Shown: positions 1-8,360 of the stretch, in pieces
How the letters are laid out: every line of letters begins with the position of its first letter
Position numbering within the stretch: the first letter of the stretch is position 1
DNA from: a virus
Lineage: Duplodnaviria > Caudoviricetes
Length of the DNA: 64,000 nucleotides
IMG/VR virus record: IMGVR_UViG_3300046170_000454
Location: 1-64,000 of that record
Direction: 5' to 3' (one strand)
The notes under the pieces: generated by a model
Told to the model about the DNA's origin: nothing
Database searches by the model: none
What the model saw: only the letters and a program-made list of their open reading frames with translations
Position numbers and translations under genes: made by a program

Positions 1-66
1 GTCGTTAAGCCCCGTGGCTACTCTGTCTTCACCGTAATCTCTTCTTAATCTTAACGGGCTTGTCAT
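1..66 (-). CDS. Hypothetical protein, 5' part only (MTSPLRLRRDYGEDRVATGLND...)
   Basis: ATG at 66 follows GAGG and the stop of the upstream gene; the frame is open to the window edge. Confidence 0.5.
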   Translation of the reverse strand, partial: MTSPLRLRRDYGEDRVATGLND

Positions 67-72
67 AACTTA

Positions 73-627
73 TTACCTCATCGCCTGTGTGCCTTCAGGG
101 GTGATCTCAAAGTCCAACATTAGCGCAGGTCTACGCACCAAGTAGTTAGGCCATTTCTCGTACCACTTCTGATAAAACTCACCCTTAGTGAGCACTCTCA
201 CAGTCTCGTCAGGGTCGGGGATGTTAGGGTCGGCTACATAGACGTTGAGGTCGTCATCAACGTCAAATACCACAGAAGCATGTGACCAATCTCTACCCTC
301 AGGGTTCCACGCGATCATTACAGGCTTGCCTGCGTCAGTCCATTCTTTGAGCTGACGTACAGTGCTTGGCATTGTGAGGGTAGCGCGGATACCATAATGC
401 TGAGCACACGCGAGCGCCTGCTCCCATGAAGCACCTTTCATGGGGATCGCACCCATCACCTTGTTTACAACATTAATCTCACACTCTGCTTTTGGGATGC
501 CTAGAGCTTCTAAACACATCGCCATGCTTGTGGTCATGCAGTTGTATTGAGTACGTTGGCGCACAGGCTTAACATTAGCCTTCGCCATTTTGCGGATAGC
601 TTCGCGCTTCGCTTGCTTACTAAACAT
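73..627 (-). CDS. Peptidase C39-like cysteine protease
   Basis: Q-x4-C (RQRTQYNCMTTS), catalytic His in WSHASVV and Asp in VYVADPN, matching the papain-like C39 pattern. Confidence 0.8.
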   Translation of the reverse strand: MFSKQAKREAIRKMAKANVKPVRQRTQYNCMTTSMAMCLEALGIPKAECEINVVNKVMGAIPMKGASWEQALACAQHYGIRATLTMPSTVRQLKEWTDAGKPVMIAWNPEGRDWSHASVVFDVDDDLNVYVADPNIPDPDETVRVLTKGEFYQKWYEKWPNYLVRRPALMLDFEITPEGTQAMR

Positions 628-677
628 CTTATCTCACCTCTTGTATTCAGTGTTTGGTGAGACGGGATAATAGACGC

Positions 678-1337
678 TTAATCGCCAAACAGACTAAAGA
701 GCCCTCCTAATACTGTCAGGTCTTTCTTAGCAGGCTCTCCATTGAAAACTACCTCATCGCTAGGGCTCCAGTGTTGGATACGTTTAAGAGAGACTTCTGC
801 GTACTCTTCTTGGAGCTCAATGCCGATGAAGCTATGCCCTGATTTAGCCATAGCTATCCCTGTCGTACCGCTACCCATAAAAGGGTCTACGACGAGACTA
901 CTCTTCCCAATGTCCCTCGCACACCACTCCATGATGTCTATAGGTTTGACCGTAGGGTGCGGGTTAGACCTCTTACCTTTCTCAGCCTCTTTAAGTCCTG
1001 CTTCCCTTTCTCTCCTTGAGGCTTTAGAGGTGTAATAAAAGCTATCAAGGTCTTCTACTACAAAGATCGCGTCTCTAACCTCGAAGCCCGCGTCCTCTAA
1101 AGAATATACCCCTTTGTGTCCGACCCCGCTGGCTTCAGGTATTATGACGACGTGAGCACCTGGTTTTAAGGCTCTGAATATCTCAACAGACTCCTCTTCT
1201 GTAGGCTCTCCCTTTAATATTAAACCATGCGCGTAGCAGTCAGGTAACTTAGAGAGATTAAGCTCAGAAGCTGTACCCTCTAATATGATAACCTCTTCTA
1301 AAGGAGGTGTGATCATATCTTTAAAATAATCAATCAT
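678..1337 (-). CDS. Amino-DNA methyltransferase SAM-binding part (motifs X-I-II) fused to a degenerate catalytic-like N-terminus lacking DPPY
   Basis: NPHPTVKP, VVDPFMGSGTTG and FIGIEL are present. The N-terminus has RALKPGAH..LEDAGFEVRD but no DPPY. Confidence 0.85.
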   Translation of the reverse strand: MIDYFKDMITPPLEEVIILEGTASELNLSKLPDCYAHGLILKGEPTEEESVEIFRALKPGAHVVIIPEASGVGHKGVYSLEDAGFEVRDAIFVVEDLDSFYYTSKASRREREAGLKEAEKGKRSNPHPTVKPIDIMEWCARDIGKSSLVVDPFMGSGTTGIAMAKSGHSFIGIELQEEYAEVSLKRIQHWSPSDEVVFNGEPAKKDLTVLGGLFSLFGD

Positions 1338-1780
1338 CGGTCAGACTTCTCCGTCACTATGAGAGTATTACCCTCGAAAGACACACGCACCTTCGGATTG
1401 TATAGCCTTATCCTGATCTCAGTCTTTAGAAGCTCAACGACGTTAGAGGGGAGATTATATAAAGTGTGCCTCCCCTCTAAAGAATAGCTTACAGAGGTAA
1501 TCTGACCTCCTAATCTTAAGATATAGCTTTCGAGGCTGGTACTCTTTGTCTTCTCAACTATTTCGAGAAGAACGGCTATAGCAGTTTCTTCTAAGAGCTT
1601 TTCAGAAGCCTTACTGTCACCGCAGTTGTTTGCTTCGTAAGCAGTCAAGAAGCGTTTGAGGAGCGCCTTAATATTGCTTGGCAACTCTTGCGCTGAGAGA
1701 GTGGCGGGAAAGCCTGTGTTGCCCTCTTCGCGGGGCGGGTTGAGGATATTGTCTACTCGATCCATGAAGTCATCTTTCAT
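1334..1780 (-). CDS. Hypothetical protein inside the split-methyltransferase cluster
   Basis: 148-aa ORF with ATGA overlaps to both neighbours. Confidence 0.7.
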   Translation of the reverse strand: MKDDFMDRVDNILNPPREEGNTGFPATLSAQELPSNIKALLKRFLTAYEANNCGDSKASEKLLEETAIAVLLEIVEKTKSTSLESYILRLGGQITSVSYSLEGRHTLYNLPSNVVELLKTEIRIRLYNPKVRVSFEGNTLIVTEKSDR

Positions 1781-2454
1781 TTTGTTTCCTTAAATTGTTT
1801 GAAGAACCTAGAAGCTCCTCCTTCATCTCCGTAGCCCTCAGAGCCGTAAGCCTTCCACCCTACACCGTTTTCAGTAGACGAAAGCTGTCCTTTACCTGCC
1901 ACCCCCCAAGCCCTACTTTTAGACCCTGCGATACCGCTCTTTTGATGACCACTTTGTCGGTCTAGCTCTCTGACAGGACAGCCTTCTACACAAGCCCAAT
2001 CTGCCACTGCCTCTTCCCCATCTTTATCTGCGTGTCCTACCCATGCTTCATTATCTTTGACAGTTTTCACATCTGTAAGACTACGATCTTTTTGAAGATT
2101 TTCTTGATACTCTTTAGACCAAATGCCTCCTGGCTCATTCGGATAACCCTTATGTCCTTTAATCTTCTTCATGCCTTTTAACTCACAACTATCTTTGTGT
2201 GTGAGGATGAAGTTAGCAGGCCACCTGCCTTTTTCTTTGTACATCTGTATATCAGAACCGACTTGAGCAACATGACCAGACCATCCTTTTTCTCTAGGGT
2301 CTGCTTGCTGTCTTTGTCTCGCTTCAAAGTTGATGCTTTCATTACCATCAAAAGAAACTCTAGTGGCATCTATATTGATAGATCCACACCCATGCTTAAG
2401 AGTGTTTTCTGCTACTGTTCCCTCTACGGGTTTCCTTAATAATGTAATGATCAA
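1777..2454 (-). CDS. Stand-alone middle/target-recognition segment of a phage beta-class DNA methyltransferase
   Basis: RKPVEGTVAENTLKHGCGSINID, GRWPANFIL, CPVRELDRQSG and GDEGGASRFF are the segments that normally lie between the DPPY and FxGxG halves. The TTG start overlaps the upstream TGA. Confidence 0.75.
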   Translation of the reverse strand: MIITLLRKPVEGTVAENTLKHGCGSINIDATRVSFDGNESINFEARQRQQADPREKGWSGHVAQVGSDIQMYKEKGRWPANFILTHKDSCELKGMKKIKGHKGYPNEPGGIWSKEYQENLQKDRSLTDVKTVKDNEAWVGHADKDGEEAVADWACVEGCPVRELDRQSGHQKSGIAGSKSRAWGVAGKGQLSSTENGVGWKAYGSEGYGDEGGASRFFKQFKETK

Positions 2455-2672
2455 GATGAAGCTCCTCCGTTAAGAGCGCCTACAAAGACATCTTTTGAGT
2501 TAGTTCTCCGATACTCTTTTAAAGGCTTTAACTGATTTTCCTTATCCAGTTTATCCATTACTTCCTCTGCTGTAAGTTTTGCACATTTAGAGCAGATTGA
2601 AGAACGGCTTCTCTCGTTTAAGCAGACTCGACAGGTTAACATCGTTTTACTCCAATACAAATAGGCTCCCAA
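2451..2672 (-). CDS. Small CxxC-x9-CxxC putative zinc-binding protein (true start possibly 2642)
   Basis: CRVC...CSKC motif; coupled to the flanking methyltransferase genes. Confidence 0.6.
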   Translation of the reverse strand: MGAYLYWSKTMLTCRVCLNERSRSSICSKCAKLTAEEVMDKLDKENQLKPLKEYRRTNSKDVFVGALNGGASS

Positions 2673-3187
2673 GAAGGCTTTAAAGCCGTACCGTAGCCCT
2701 GAAAAGGTTTAGAGGCTTCTGTTTTAGCGTCGTATGCTTCCACAGGGTTAGAGGTGAGCTTGTTTTTTTGTTCTATGTCTGTGGCTTGGAAGCGTGAAGC
2801 GGTAGGTATTGCCTTACCTCTGTTACCGTGTCCGTATTTCTTGTCGATACCAAGAGCCACATTATGAGATTTGGGGAAACCTGATCCGTAAGCCCATGCT
2901 TCTATCCGTAACTCTGAGAAACCTATTTCTTCCATCATCGCTATCAGATGATGGAAAGTCCTCGTACCTGAGAAAGCCTTGAGGACTCCATTAGGTTTTA
3001 AGACTCTATGGGCTTCTGTCAGCCACGCCCTATGCCACTCCCTTTGTTGAGAGCCTTCGCCTATGTCATCCCATCCTTTAGACATGAATTTAAGCCCATA
3101 GGGAGGATCACAGATGATCGCGTCAACTGAGTTATCTTCTAGGTCTTTTAGGCGCTCGACACAATTTCCTGTTTTAATCTCTATCAT
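2636..3187 (-). CDS. Amino-DNA methyltransferase catalytic part (motif IV DPPY to motif VIII), no SAM-binding motif
   Basis: GNCVERLKDLEDNSVDAIICDPPYG, HRVLKPNG, WAYGSGFPKS and ALKPSWEPI, followed directly by a stop. Confidence 0.85.
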   Translation of the reverse strand: MIEIKTGNCVERLKDLEDNSVDAIICDPPYGLKFMSKGWDDIGEGSQQREWHRAWLTEAHRVLKPNGVLKAFSGTRTFHHLIAMMEEIGFSELRIEAWAYGSGFPKSHNVALGIDKKYGHGNRGKAIPTASRFQATDIEQKNKLTSNPVEAYDAKTEASKPFQGYGTALKPSWEPICIGVKRC

Positions 3188-3497
3188 CAGGCTTCCTCGG
3201 AGGTATAAAGTCTAAGTGAGGGAAATGCCTTTTAAAGTCCTTCTCTACGGACTTGTAGACGTTCATATCCGAGCCAAATGTTCGAGCTCCCTCTTTCGCG
3301 TATTCTTTAGCAAATAAGTATTCACAATACTCACTGGTGAGGGCGCAAATCCTCTCGTCAACATACTCGTAAGGGCCGTATTTTTCGAGCCACTCCTCAT
3401 AAAAGGAGATTAGCTTTTGGTAGGCTTCTATGGTTATTACGATCTTTTCTACGTCGTCTAAAGGTATTTTGTATCTGTTGGGTATCTGCTTAATCAT
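3174..3497 (-). CDS. Hypothetical protein
   Basis: 107-aa ORF overlapping both neighbours in the operon. Confidence 0.65.
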   Translation of the reverse strand: MIKQIPNRYKIPLDDVEKIVITIEAYQKLISFYEEWLEKYGPYEYVDERICALTSEYCEYLFAKEYAKEGARTFGSDMNVYKSVEKDFKRHFPHLDFIPPRKPDDRD

Positions 3498-3964
3498 TCC
3501 CTTGTAGCCCCTTCTAGAGAGGATGTTTCAATACCGTTTTCTCTAAGATAGCTCAGCCCCTCACCATCATACGAGCTATCGAGAGGTGCGTAAACCTTAA
3601 CAATACCGCTGTGATGGATTGCTTTAGCGCACATAAGGCAAGGGTCGCAGTTGACGATAAGCCACTTCCTCAGCGTGGATTGACCCACTCGACAAGCGTT
3701 TAGGATCGCGTTCATTTCTGCGTGGTGACAACCTACGTCATTTCTTGTGCCACTAGGTATAGCTAATTTTTCGCGTTCACAGAAATACTTCCCACCGCAG
3801 TAGCGGTGCTCTGAGTCTCTAGGAGTGCCATTATAGCCTTCGCTAACGATAACATTAGTCTCAGGGTCTATAATGAGCGCCCCTACTTTTCTGCGCGGGC
3901 AAGGCGAGTTAGAGGCAATAAGGTCACACTGGGCGACACGCACTTTGAGGTGTTTAGGGTTCAC
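3494..3964 (-). CDS. dCMP deaminase (ComEB/Dcd1-like)
   Basis: SPCPRRKVGA, GYNG, HAEMNA and PCLMC zinc-deaminase motifs. Confidence 0.9.
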   Translation of the reverse strand: MNPKHLKVRVAQCDLIASNSPCPRRKVGALIIDPETNVIVSEGYNGTPRDSEHRYCGGKYFCEREKLAIPSGTRNDVGCHHAEMNAILNACRVGQSTLRKWLIVNCDPCLMCAKAIHHSGIVKVYAPLDSSYDGEGLSYLRENGIETSSLEGATRE

Positions 3965-4041
3965 TTTTCTACTTTCCGATCTCCATACTTGTTTTTAATT
4001 TTCCTATATTCAAGTATAGAAAAACTGTTAAGGAAAAGACT

Positions 4042-4542
4042 ATGTGGAAGCAAGCCTCTGATCGTATTCATAATCTCCAAATCCGTCTAGCATCGCTACA
4101 ACATCGGCTTAACTCTCCTTCAGGGTATGTGCCTACCGAGGATGATTATATTAACCTAAATAGCTATGATCATCTATACCTTGTAGCAAGCCAAATCAAG
4201 ATGAAAATCCAAAGAAATCCTGCGGTTAAGGTCGATGCTACAGGATCTCAGAGAGCATCTCTCACGGGGGCTCAAATGAAAAAAGCTCTTATCAGTGCTT
4301 TGATGCAAGATAATCAAAAGAGGGTACAGGCTTATCTTCGTCAGAATGAGAAGATAGATGCAGATATTGCGGAGTTGACTGGGACAGGAAAGCGGATATC
4401 TAAAGATAAGAAAGAAAAAATCCAAAGACTTAAGCGAAAATATGTAGGTGAGGAGACTTTTCAGGAACTAGAAGCAGGCTTAGCTGAGTTTAAGAAAATA
4501 AAAGTTTCAAAAAAAGGTGGCATCTTTACCGTCAAGAAGTGA
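4042..4542 (+). CDS. Basic hypothetical protein, inverted relative to its neighbours
   Basis: 166 aa, AAGGA Shine-Dalgarno site, and it fills the gap between minus-strand genes. Confidence 0.75.
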   Translation: MWKQASDRIHNLQIRLASLQHRLNSPSGYVPTEDDYINLNSYDHLYLVASQIKMKIQRNPAVKVDATGSQRASLTGAQMKKALISALMQDNQKRVQAYLRQNEKIDADIAELTGTGKRISKDKKEKIQRLKRKYVGEETFQELEAGLAEFKKIKVSKKGGIFTVKK

Positions 4543-4550
4543 AAGGGGGT

Positions 4551-4796
4551 TCATAATACCTCAACCGCCTCTAACGGATCATGCCTCTTAATATTAGAGA
4601 TTGCACCTCTGAGAGCGTCTGTTAAATGTGGAGAGGTCACCTGAGCCCACTTATCTAGCTCTAAGTAATAAACGACCCATACAGTGTGTGTAAGAAATGT
4701 AGGCTTTCGGGTTATTTCTACTTTACCGCCTGTGAGCTCGAAAAGCTCTCCGAAAAGCTCTCCTGCGATATGACTACTGCTCCCCATTGTCTTCAT
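4551..4796 (-). CDS. Hypothetical protein
   Basis: 81-aa ORF overlapping the end of the DUF3310 gene. Confidence 0.55.
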   Translation of the reverse strand: MKTMGSSSHIAGELFGELFELTGGKVEITRKPTFLTHTVWVVYYLELDKWAQVTSPHLTDALRGAISNIKRHDPLEAVEVL

Positions 4797-5010
4797 ACTC
4801 CTTGATCACAGACTCTAAATATTTCACAGCTTTTTTAAGATCCGTTACGGCGCTCTCGTTCGGTTTCTTGCCTGCTCTCAAGATGTACTTAATCGCAGAC
4901 CCTAAAGCGAAGCCTTTACCAAAACCGAAAGCATTGATTACGTCGAGCGCAGAGAGCCCGCCCTCGCCCTGATAATGCTCAGGGTCTTTTACTTTCTCAT
5001 ACTCACTCAT
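4774..5010 (-). CDS. DUF3310 family protein (T7 gp1.7/SaV-like)
   Basis: VKDPEHYQ...LDVI...FALGSAIKYILRAGKK...DLKKAVKYL signature. Confidence 0.85.
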   Translation of the reverse strand: MSEYEKVKDPEHYQGEGGLSALDVINAFGFGKGFALGSAIKYILRAGKKPNESAVTDLKKAVKYLESVIKEYEDNGEQ

Positions 5011-5377
5011 GTGATCCTCTCATAGCTTTCTCTAGTTGCTCTATGGCGCTCTCGTCTAAGTCCCCGCTCTTCCAACGAGAGATAATGTTCTCTGCTTCTT
5101 CGTAAATCTTTATAGGCGATACAGGGCTCTTATTCCTGAAGAAGTAGAAGGTGTCGTCGCCCAGGAAGTAGACCTTGCACTTTCTCTCATGGAAGACAGG
5201 TTTCTCAAGACCTAAACATCGGAGCACATCTTCTCTACTAATCTTATCCTCTTGATTGATTAGGTATGTCTGCACCGAGGCGAAGAAAGGATTTCTCGCT
5301 TTTAATCTCCTAAAAGCGTCTTTAGGGGAGTCACCCTTCTCAACAACCCCGTAAAACACATCATTCTCAATAATCAT
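5003..5377 (-). CDS. Hypothetical protein
   Basis: 124-aa ORF with coupled overlaps. Confidence 0.65.
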   Translation of the reverse strand: MIIENDVFYGVVEKGDSPKDAFRRLKARNPFFASVQTYLINQEDKISREDVLRCLGLEKPVFHERKCKVYFLGDDTFYFFRNKSPVSPIKIYEEAENIISRWKSGDLDESAIEQLEKAMRGSHE

Positions 5378-5940
5378 AAGTCACCTCTAGCTACTTTCAT
5401 GCTAGCTAATCGGATTGCTTTCTCTCTTAAAGACTCAAGCCCCTTGAGAGGAGTTAAGCCCTTCTTTTGGTTTTGCCACGTAAGGTAGTCGAAGCCTTCC
5501 CATAAAGGGATAAGCCAAGATCGGTCTTGGAAGTCTCTACTAAAGTTGGTTAAGAGCGCCTCTGTTCTCTTAATCTCTTGCTCCCACTGCACTTGTGTGC
5601 GGTCTTCTTCAGCCTCTGTCTCTGACCCTTGAGAATATGCCGATGGGGTATACTCTACACCGTACTCGTCTTCTAGGTACTTGCACGCTTCAGGGAAGCT
5701 ATACCCCCACTTTTCACGTACCGTTGAGATCGCGTCCCTAACTTTACCGCAAGCGAAGCAGTACCAGCTATTGCTGTCAGGATAGACACGCGCAGAAGGT
5801 TTGCTGTCACTACCATCTCCGTGAAGGTCACAAGAAAATTGCTGTTCTCTGTCTCCCCCATGCGAGTGGACGTAATAGCCGAGGTCTGCGAGCACTTCCA
5901 CAATAGAAGTGTTGTCTTTAATGTTTTTCGCTCTACTCAT
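5374..5940 (-). CDS. Stand-alone CHC2 (DnaG-type) zinc-finger protein
   Basis: FSCDLHGD..DSKPSARVY..WYCFACG..DAI..V..YSFPEA. Likely start is the ATG at 5940; no TOPRIM domain follows. Confidence 0.85.
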   Translation of the reverse strand: MSRAKNIKDNTSIVEVLADLGYYVHSHGGDREQQFSCDLHGDGSDSKPSARVYPDSNSWYCFACGKVRDAISTVREKWGYSFPEACKYLEDEYGVEYTPSAYSQGSETEAEEDRTQVQWEQEIKRTEALLTNFSRDFQDRSWLIPLWEGFDYLTWQNQKKGLTPLKGLESLREKAIRLASMKVARGDL

Positions 5941-5947
5941 AAGACAC

Positions 5948-7447
5948 TCAGATGTCGTTAAGATCAATCTCTTCGGTGTCGATCTGATCACCTAAAGATT
6001 GCTTCTCAGCATCCGTCAGAGGCTGTTGAGTGCAAGTTTGAACCCTACGAGTAGGCCAATATACTGAGCTGTGGAAAGGCTCAAAAGGAGGGTTGTCGCG
6101 AGACTTTAGGCATTGGAAGCGCACAAAGTTTTGCTTCCTTAAATCATCGTCTACGTAAGAGGTCGTGACGATATCGCTGGAGCGTTCTGCCTCATTAGCA
6201 TAACTCAAGTGAGTTAAATTGTAGTCACCGCCATTCTTCTCTGCTGACTTAAAACCTTCACGGCTAATCTGAAACAGGCAGACTACGGCTATCCCCTCTC
6301 CTTTATTGAAGCCCATACTCATCTTCTTAAAGTCGCGAAGCACCTCATTAAGACGCTCCGTTGTCGAGTTAGAGTAATGCCTTGGGGACATAAGTCCTGC
6401 GTGGTCTACGAAGAGGAGGCTCAAGGGAGATGAGCTGTGGATCAGCTCAGCGCGAGCCCTAATGTCTGCAACAGTGTAGTTTTCGGCTGAAGGCGGGGCG
6501 ACCTCTACATGGATTTTCCCGTACTTGCCTGAACTAAAGTCTTCGACCACTTCCCGTAAGTAGTCTTCCTCATTAGGCATAAGCTCTCCGTCTCTGATCT
6601 TCTGATAGTCGAGCCCTGTCTTAATATTATATTTCTTACGCTGTGGTTCAAGACTCGCATTTGTCGAGTGCATAGCGAACAAGATATCTCTATCTTGTTC
6701 ATACGGCATCTCTAAGGAAAAGATAATGCTGTCGTGACCGTAATATACAGCCTGATTATAAGCCCAATTTAACATGAATGTTGACTTCAAGCCTCCTGTA
6801 AAAGCGGCGTGTGTCCATAGCTGTTTCGGCTTAGCACCTCTCAAAGTAGCATCCATTTGCTGGAGGCCCGTCATCTGACCAAGACCTGCGAGAGGATCGT
6901 TCTTAGTCTTCATGTACTTGTCGTAGAAGTCTTGACCGTCCATCGTAACCTCTCCGCTCAGCTTAGTGCCGAGCACAGGTGCTACAAGGTCGTGGCTTCG
7001 GTTCATCAAGTAGTGGATAGCGTCTTCTGCGCCGTGTAAGAGCTTCTCTTTGCGCCCCTCTTTGACTTTTATGCCTTGCGTGATGATCTTCTTGGCTTCA
7101 TCTAAAAGCTCTAAGCTGAGCTTCGTCCTGCGCTCTTCTGCTTTAGCCTTGAGGCGTACCTCAAAGTCTCCCCTGTACAAGGGAGTATATGTCTCTAAGA
7201 CACGAAGCCTGTCGATAGACGCAGTGTCATTAGAGCTTAGGAAGTGCTCTTCTAAGGTTTTGGATGACGGCGCGTGTTGATGGATATCCACAAAGTCTTT
7301 GATGAAAGTAAAGATTGCGCCGTCAGAAGTCTGACCGAAATCAAGCTCGCTCTCATGAAGGATACGGGCATTTTGAGCGCATAGCTCACTATCTTCTGAA
7401 GGGGTGATAGGGATGCATGACCTAAGTAAGATATTCATCGCTTCCAC
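5948..7447 (-). CDS. DnaB-like (SF4) replicative helicase
   Basis: Variant Walker A (AAFTGGLKST), IIFSLEM, LFVDH, QISR, AERSSDIV and KSRD. The true start is probably 7438 (ATGA overlap). Confidence 0.85.
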   Translation of the reverse strand: MEAMNILLRSCIPITPSEDSELCAQNARILHESELDFGQTSDGAIFTFIKDFVDIHQHAPSSKTLEEHFLSSNDTASIDRLRVLETYTPLYRGDFEVRLKAKAEERRTKLSLELLDEAKKIITQGIKVKEGRKEKLLHGAEDAIHYLMNRSHDLVAPVLGTKLSGEVTMDGQDFYDKYMKTKNDPLAGLGQMTGLQQMDATLRGAKPKQLWTHAAFTGGLKSTFMLNWAYNQAVYYGHDSIIFSLEMPYEQDRDILFAMHSTNASLEPQRKKYNIKTGLDYQKIRDGELMPNEEDYLREVVEDFSSGKYGKIHVEVAPPSAENYTVADIRARAELIHSSSPLSLLFVDHAGLMSPRHYSNSTTERLNEVLRDFKKMSMGFNKGEGIAVVCLFQISREGFKSAEKNGGDYNLTHLSYANEAERSSDIVTTSYVDDDLRKQNFVRFQCLKSRDNPPFEPFHSSVYWPTRRVQTCTQQPLTDAEKQSLGDQIDTEEIDLNDI

Positions 7448-8277
7448 CCTCCTCTAGCTGACTTGCTTGAGCTTTTCTTACGTGTCTCTCTATCTCCAAT
7501 CTCAACGGATTTAGTGTGGGATTGGGGGGAGGATTGCCCTCTAGCGAATACCGAGGAGGTGCTTTTACCTGGGCGGTATGCCTTAGACTTAGAAGTCTTC
7601 TTCGCTGAGACAACATTAGACATTAGGTCAATCTTCTCCCAATCTCTGAGCGCATGATCCACCTCTATCGAATAGCAAAGGTGGCTCTCATTGAGTCTTG
7701 CGGTAGGCTGATCGACAATCCACGTAATCTTACCTAAGTGGCTTCTGTGTTGGATCGCCTCTAAGAGCACCCTTGGCATGGCGCTGTTGTTTGCGGTCTT
7801 CACACCGAGCTTAATGACAAGAAACTCAGGTGGCTCGATTAAGTCTACAAGCGTCAGAAACTTCGTAGAAATCTTATTAGCGTCAGGGTCGAATATCTCA
7901 CCTCCCTTAATCGTCGCTGAGGCGAGCCATGCAACGATTAAGTCTGCGTCAGAGACAACCTTAAAAGACCAGTCAGGCCCTTGCCTTAAACCGACAAACC
8001 GAAGGTGTGCCTTTAGGGTATTGTCATCTGCCGTAATGTGGCAGTAGTCCTCAACCTTATCAAGGAGGCTAGACTCACCGATCTTGTCAGCTTTTGTGAG
8101 CCCTTTCCAGCCCCTCTCAACATTCCTTAAAATGTCCTTTTTCAGTGTACATGAGCATCTCACCACTTGCGGTACGGGATTTTCTTTGTTTGAGGAGTCG
8201 TAAAACCCTCTCCCTCCGCATTTAGGGCAGTTAGGTAGCCCGTCGCCTCTTGACCATTCAGGCTCTTCGTAAATCAT
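7435..8277 (-). CDS. DnaC/IstB-like helicase loader with N-terminal zinc ribbon, degenerate ATPase
   Basis: CPKCGGRG...RCSC, and LLEAIQHR..GKITWI resembling the IstB/DnaC C-terminal motif. It lies directly upstream of the DnaB-like gene. Confidence 0.55.
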   Translation of the reverse strand: MIYEEPEWSRGDGLPNCPKCGGRGFYDSSNKENPVPQVVRCSCTLKKDILRNVERGWKGLTKADKIGESSLLDKVEDYCHITADDNTLKAHLRFVGLRQGPDWSFKVVSDADLIVAWLASATIKGGEIFDPDANKISTKFLTLVDLIEPPEFLVIKLGVKTANNSAMPRVLLEAIQHRSHLGKITWIVDQPTARLNESHLCYSIEVDHALRDWEKIDLMSNVVSAKKTSKSKAYRPGKSTSSVFARGQSSPQSHTKSVEIGDRETRKKSSSKSARGGWKR

Positions 8278-8307
8278 GTTGTCCTCTCTTTTACACTACT
8301 TGTGTAT

Positions 8308-8328
8308 GAGCATATACACTATATGCTC
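8308..8328. promoter_or_regulatory. Perfect 9-bp inverted repeat GAGCATATA-CAC-TATATGCTC upstream of the loader/helicase operon
   Basis: Seen directly; it contains the motif TATACACTAT that is shared with 10015-10024. Confidence 0.5.
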
Positions 8329-8360
8329 CAAAAGAGGGCTCAACACAATCAAAGACTAGG

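Noticed and set aside
4739-4763. 12-bp tandem duplication (CGAAAAGCTCTC x2) and similar short repeats near 56260
   Set aside because: Only two copies, inside coding sequence (GELFGELF, GSVTGSV); no array structure.
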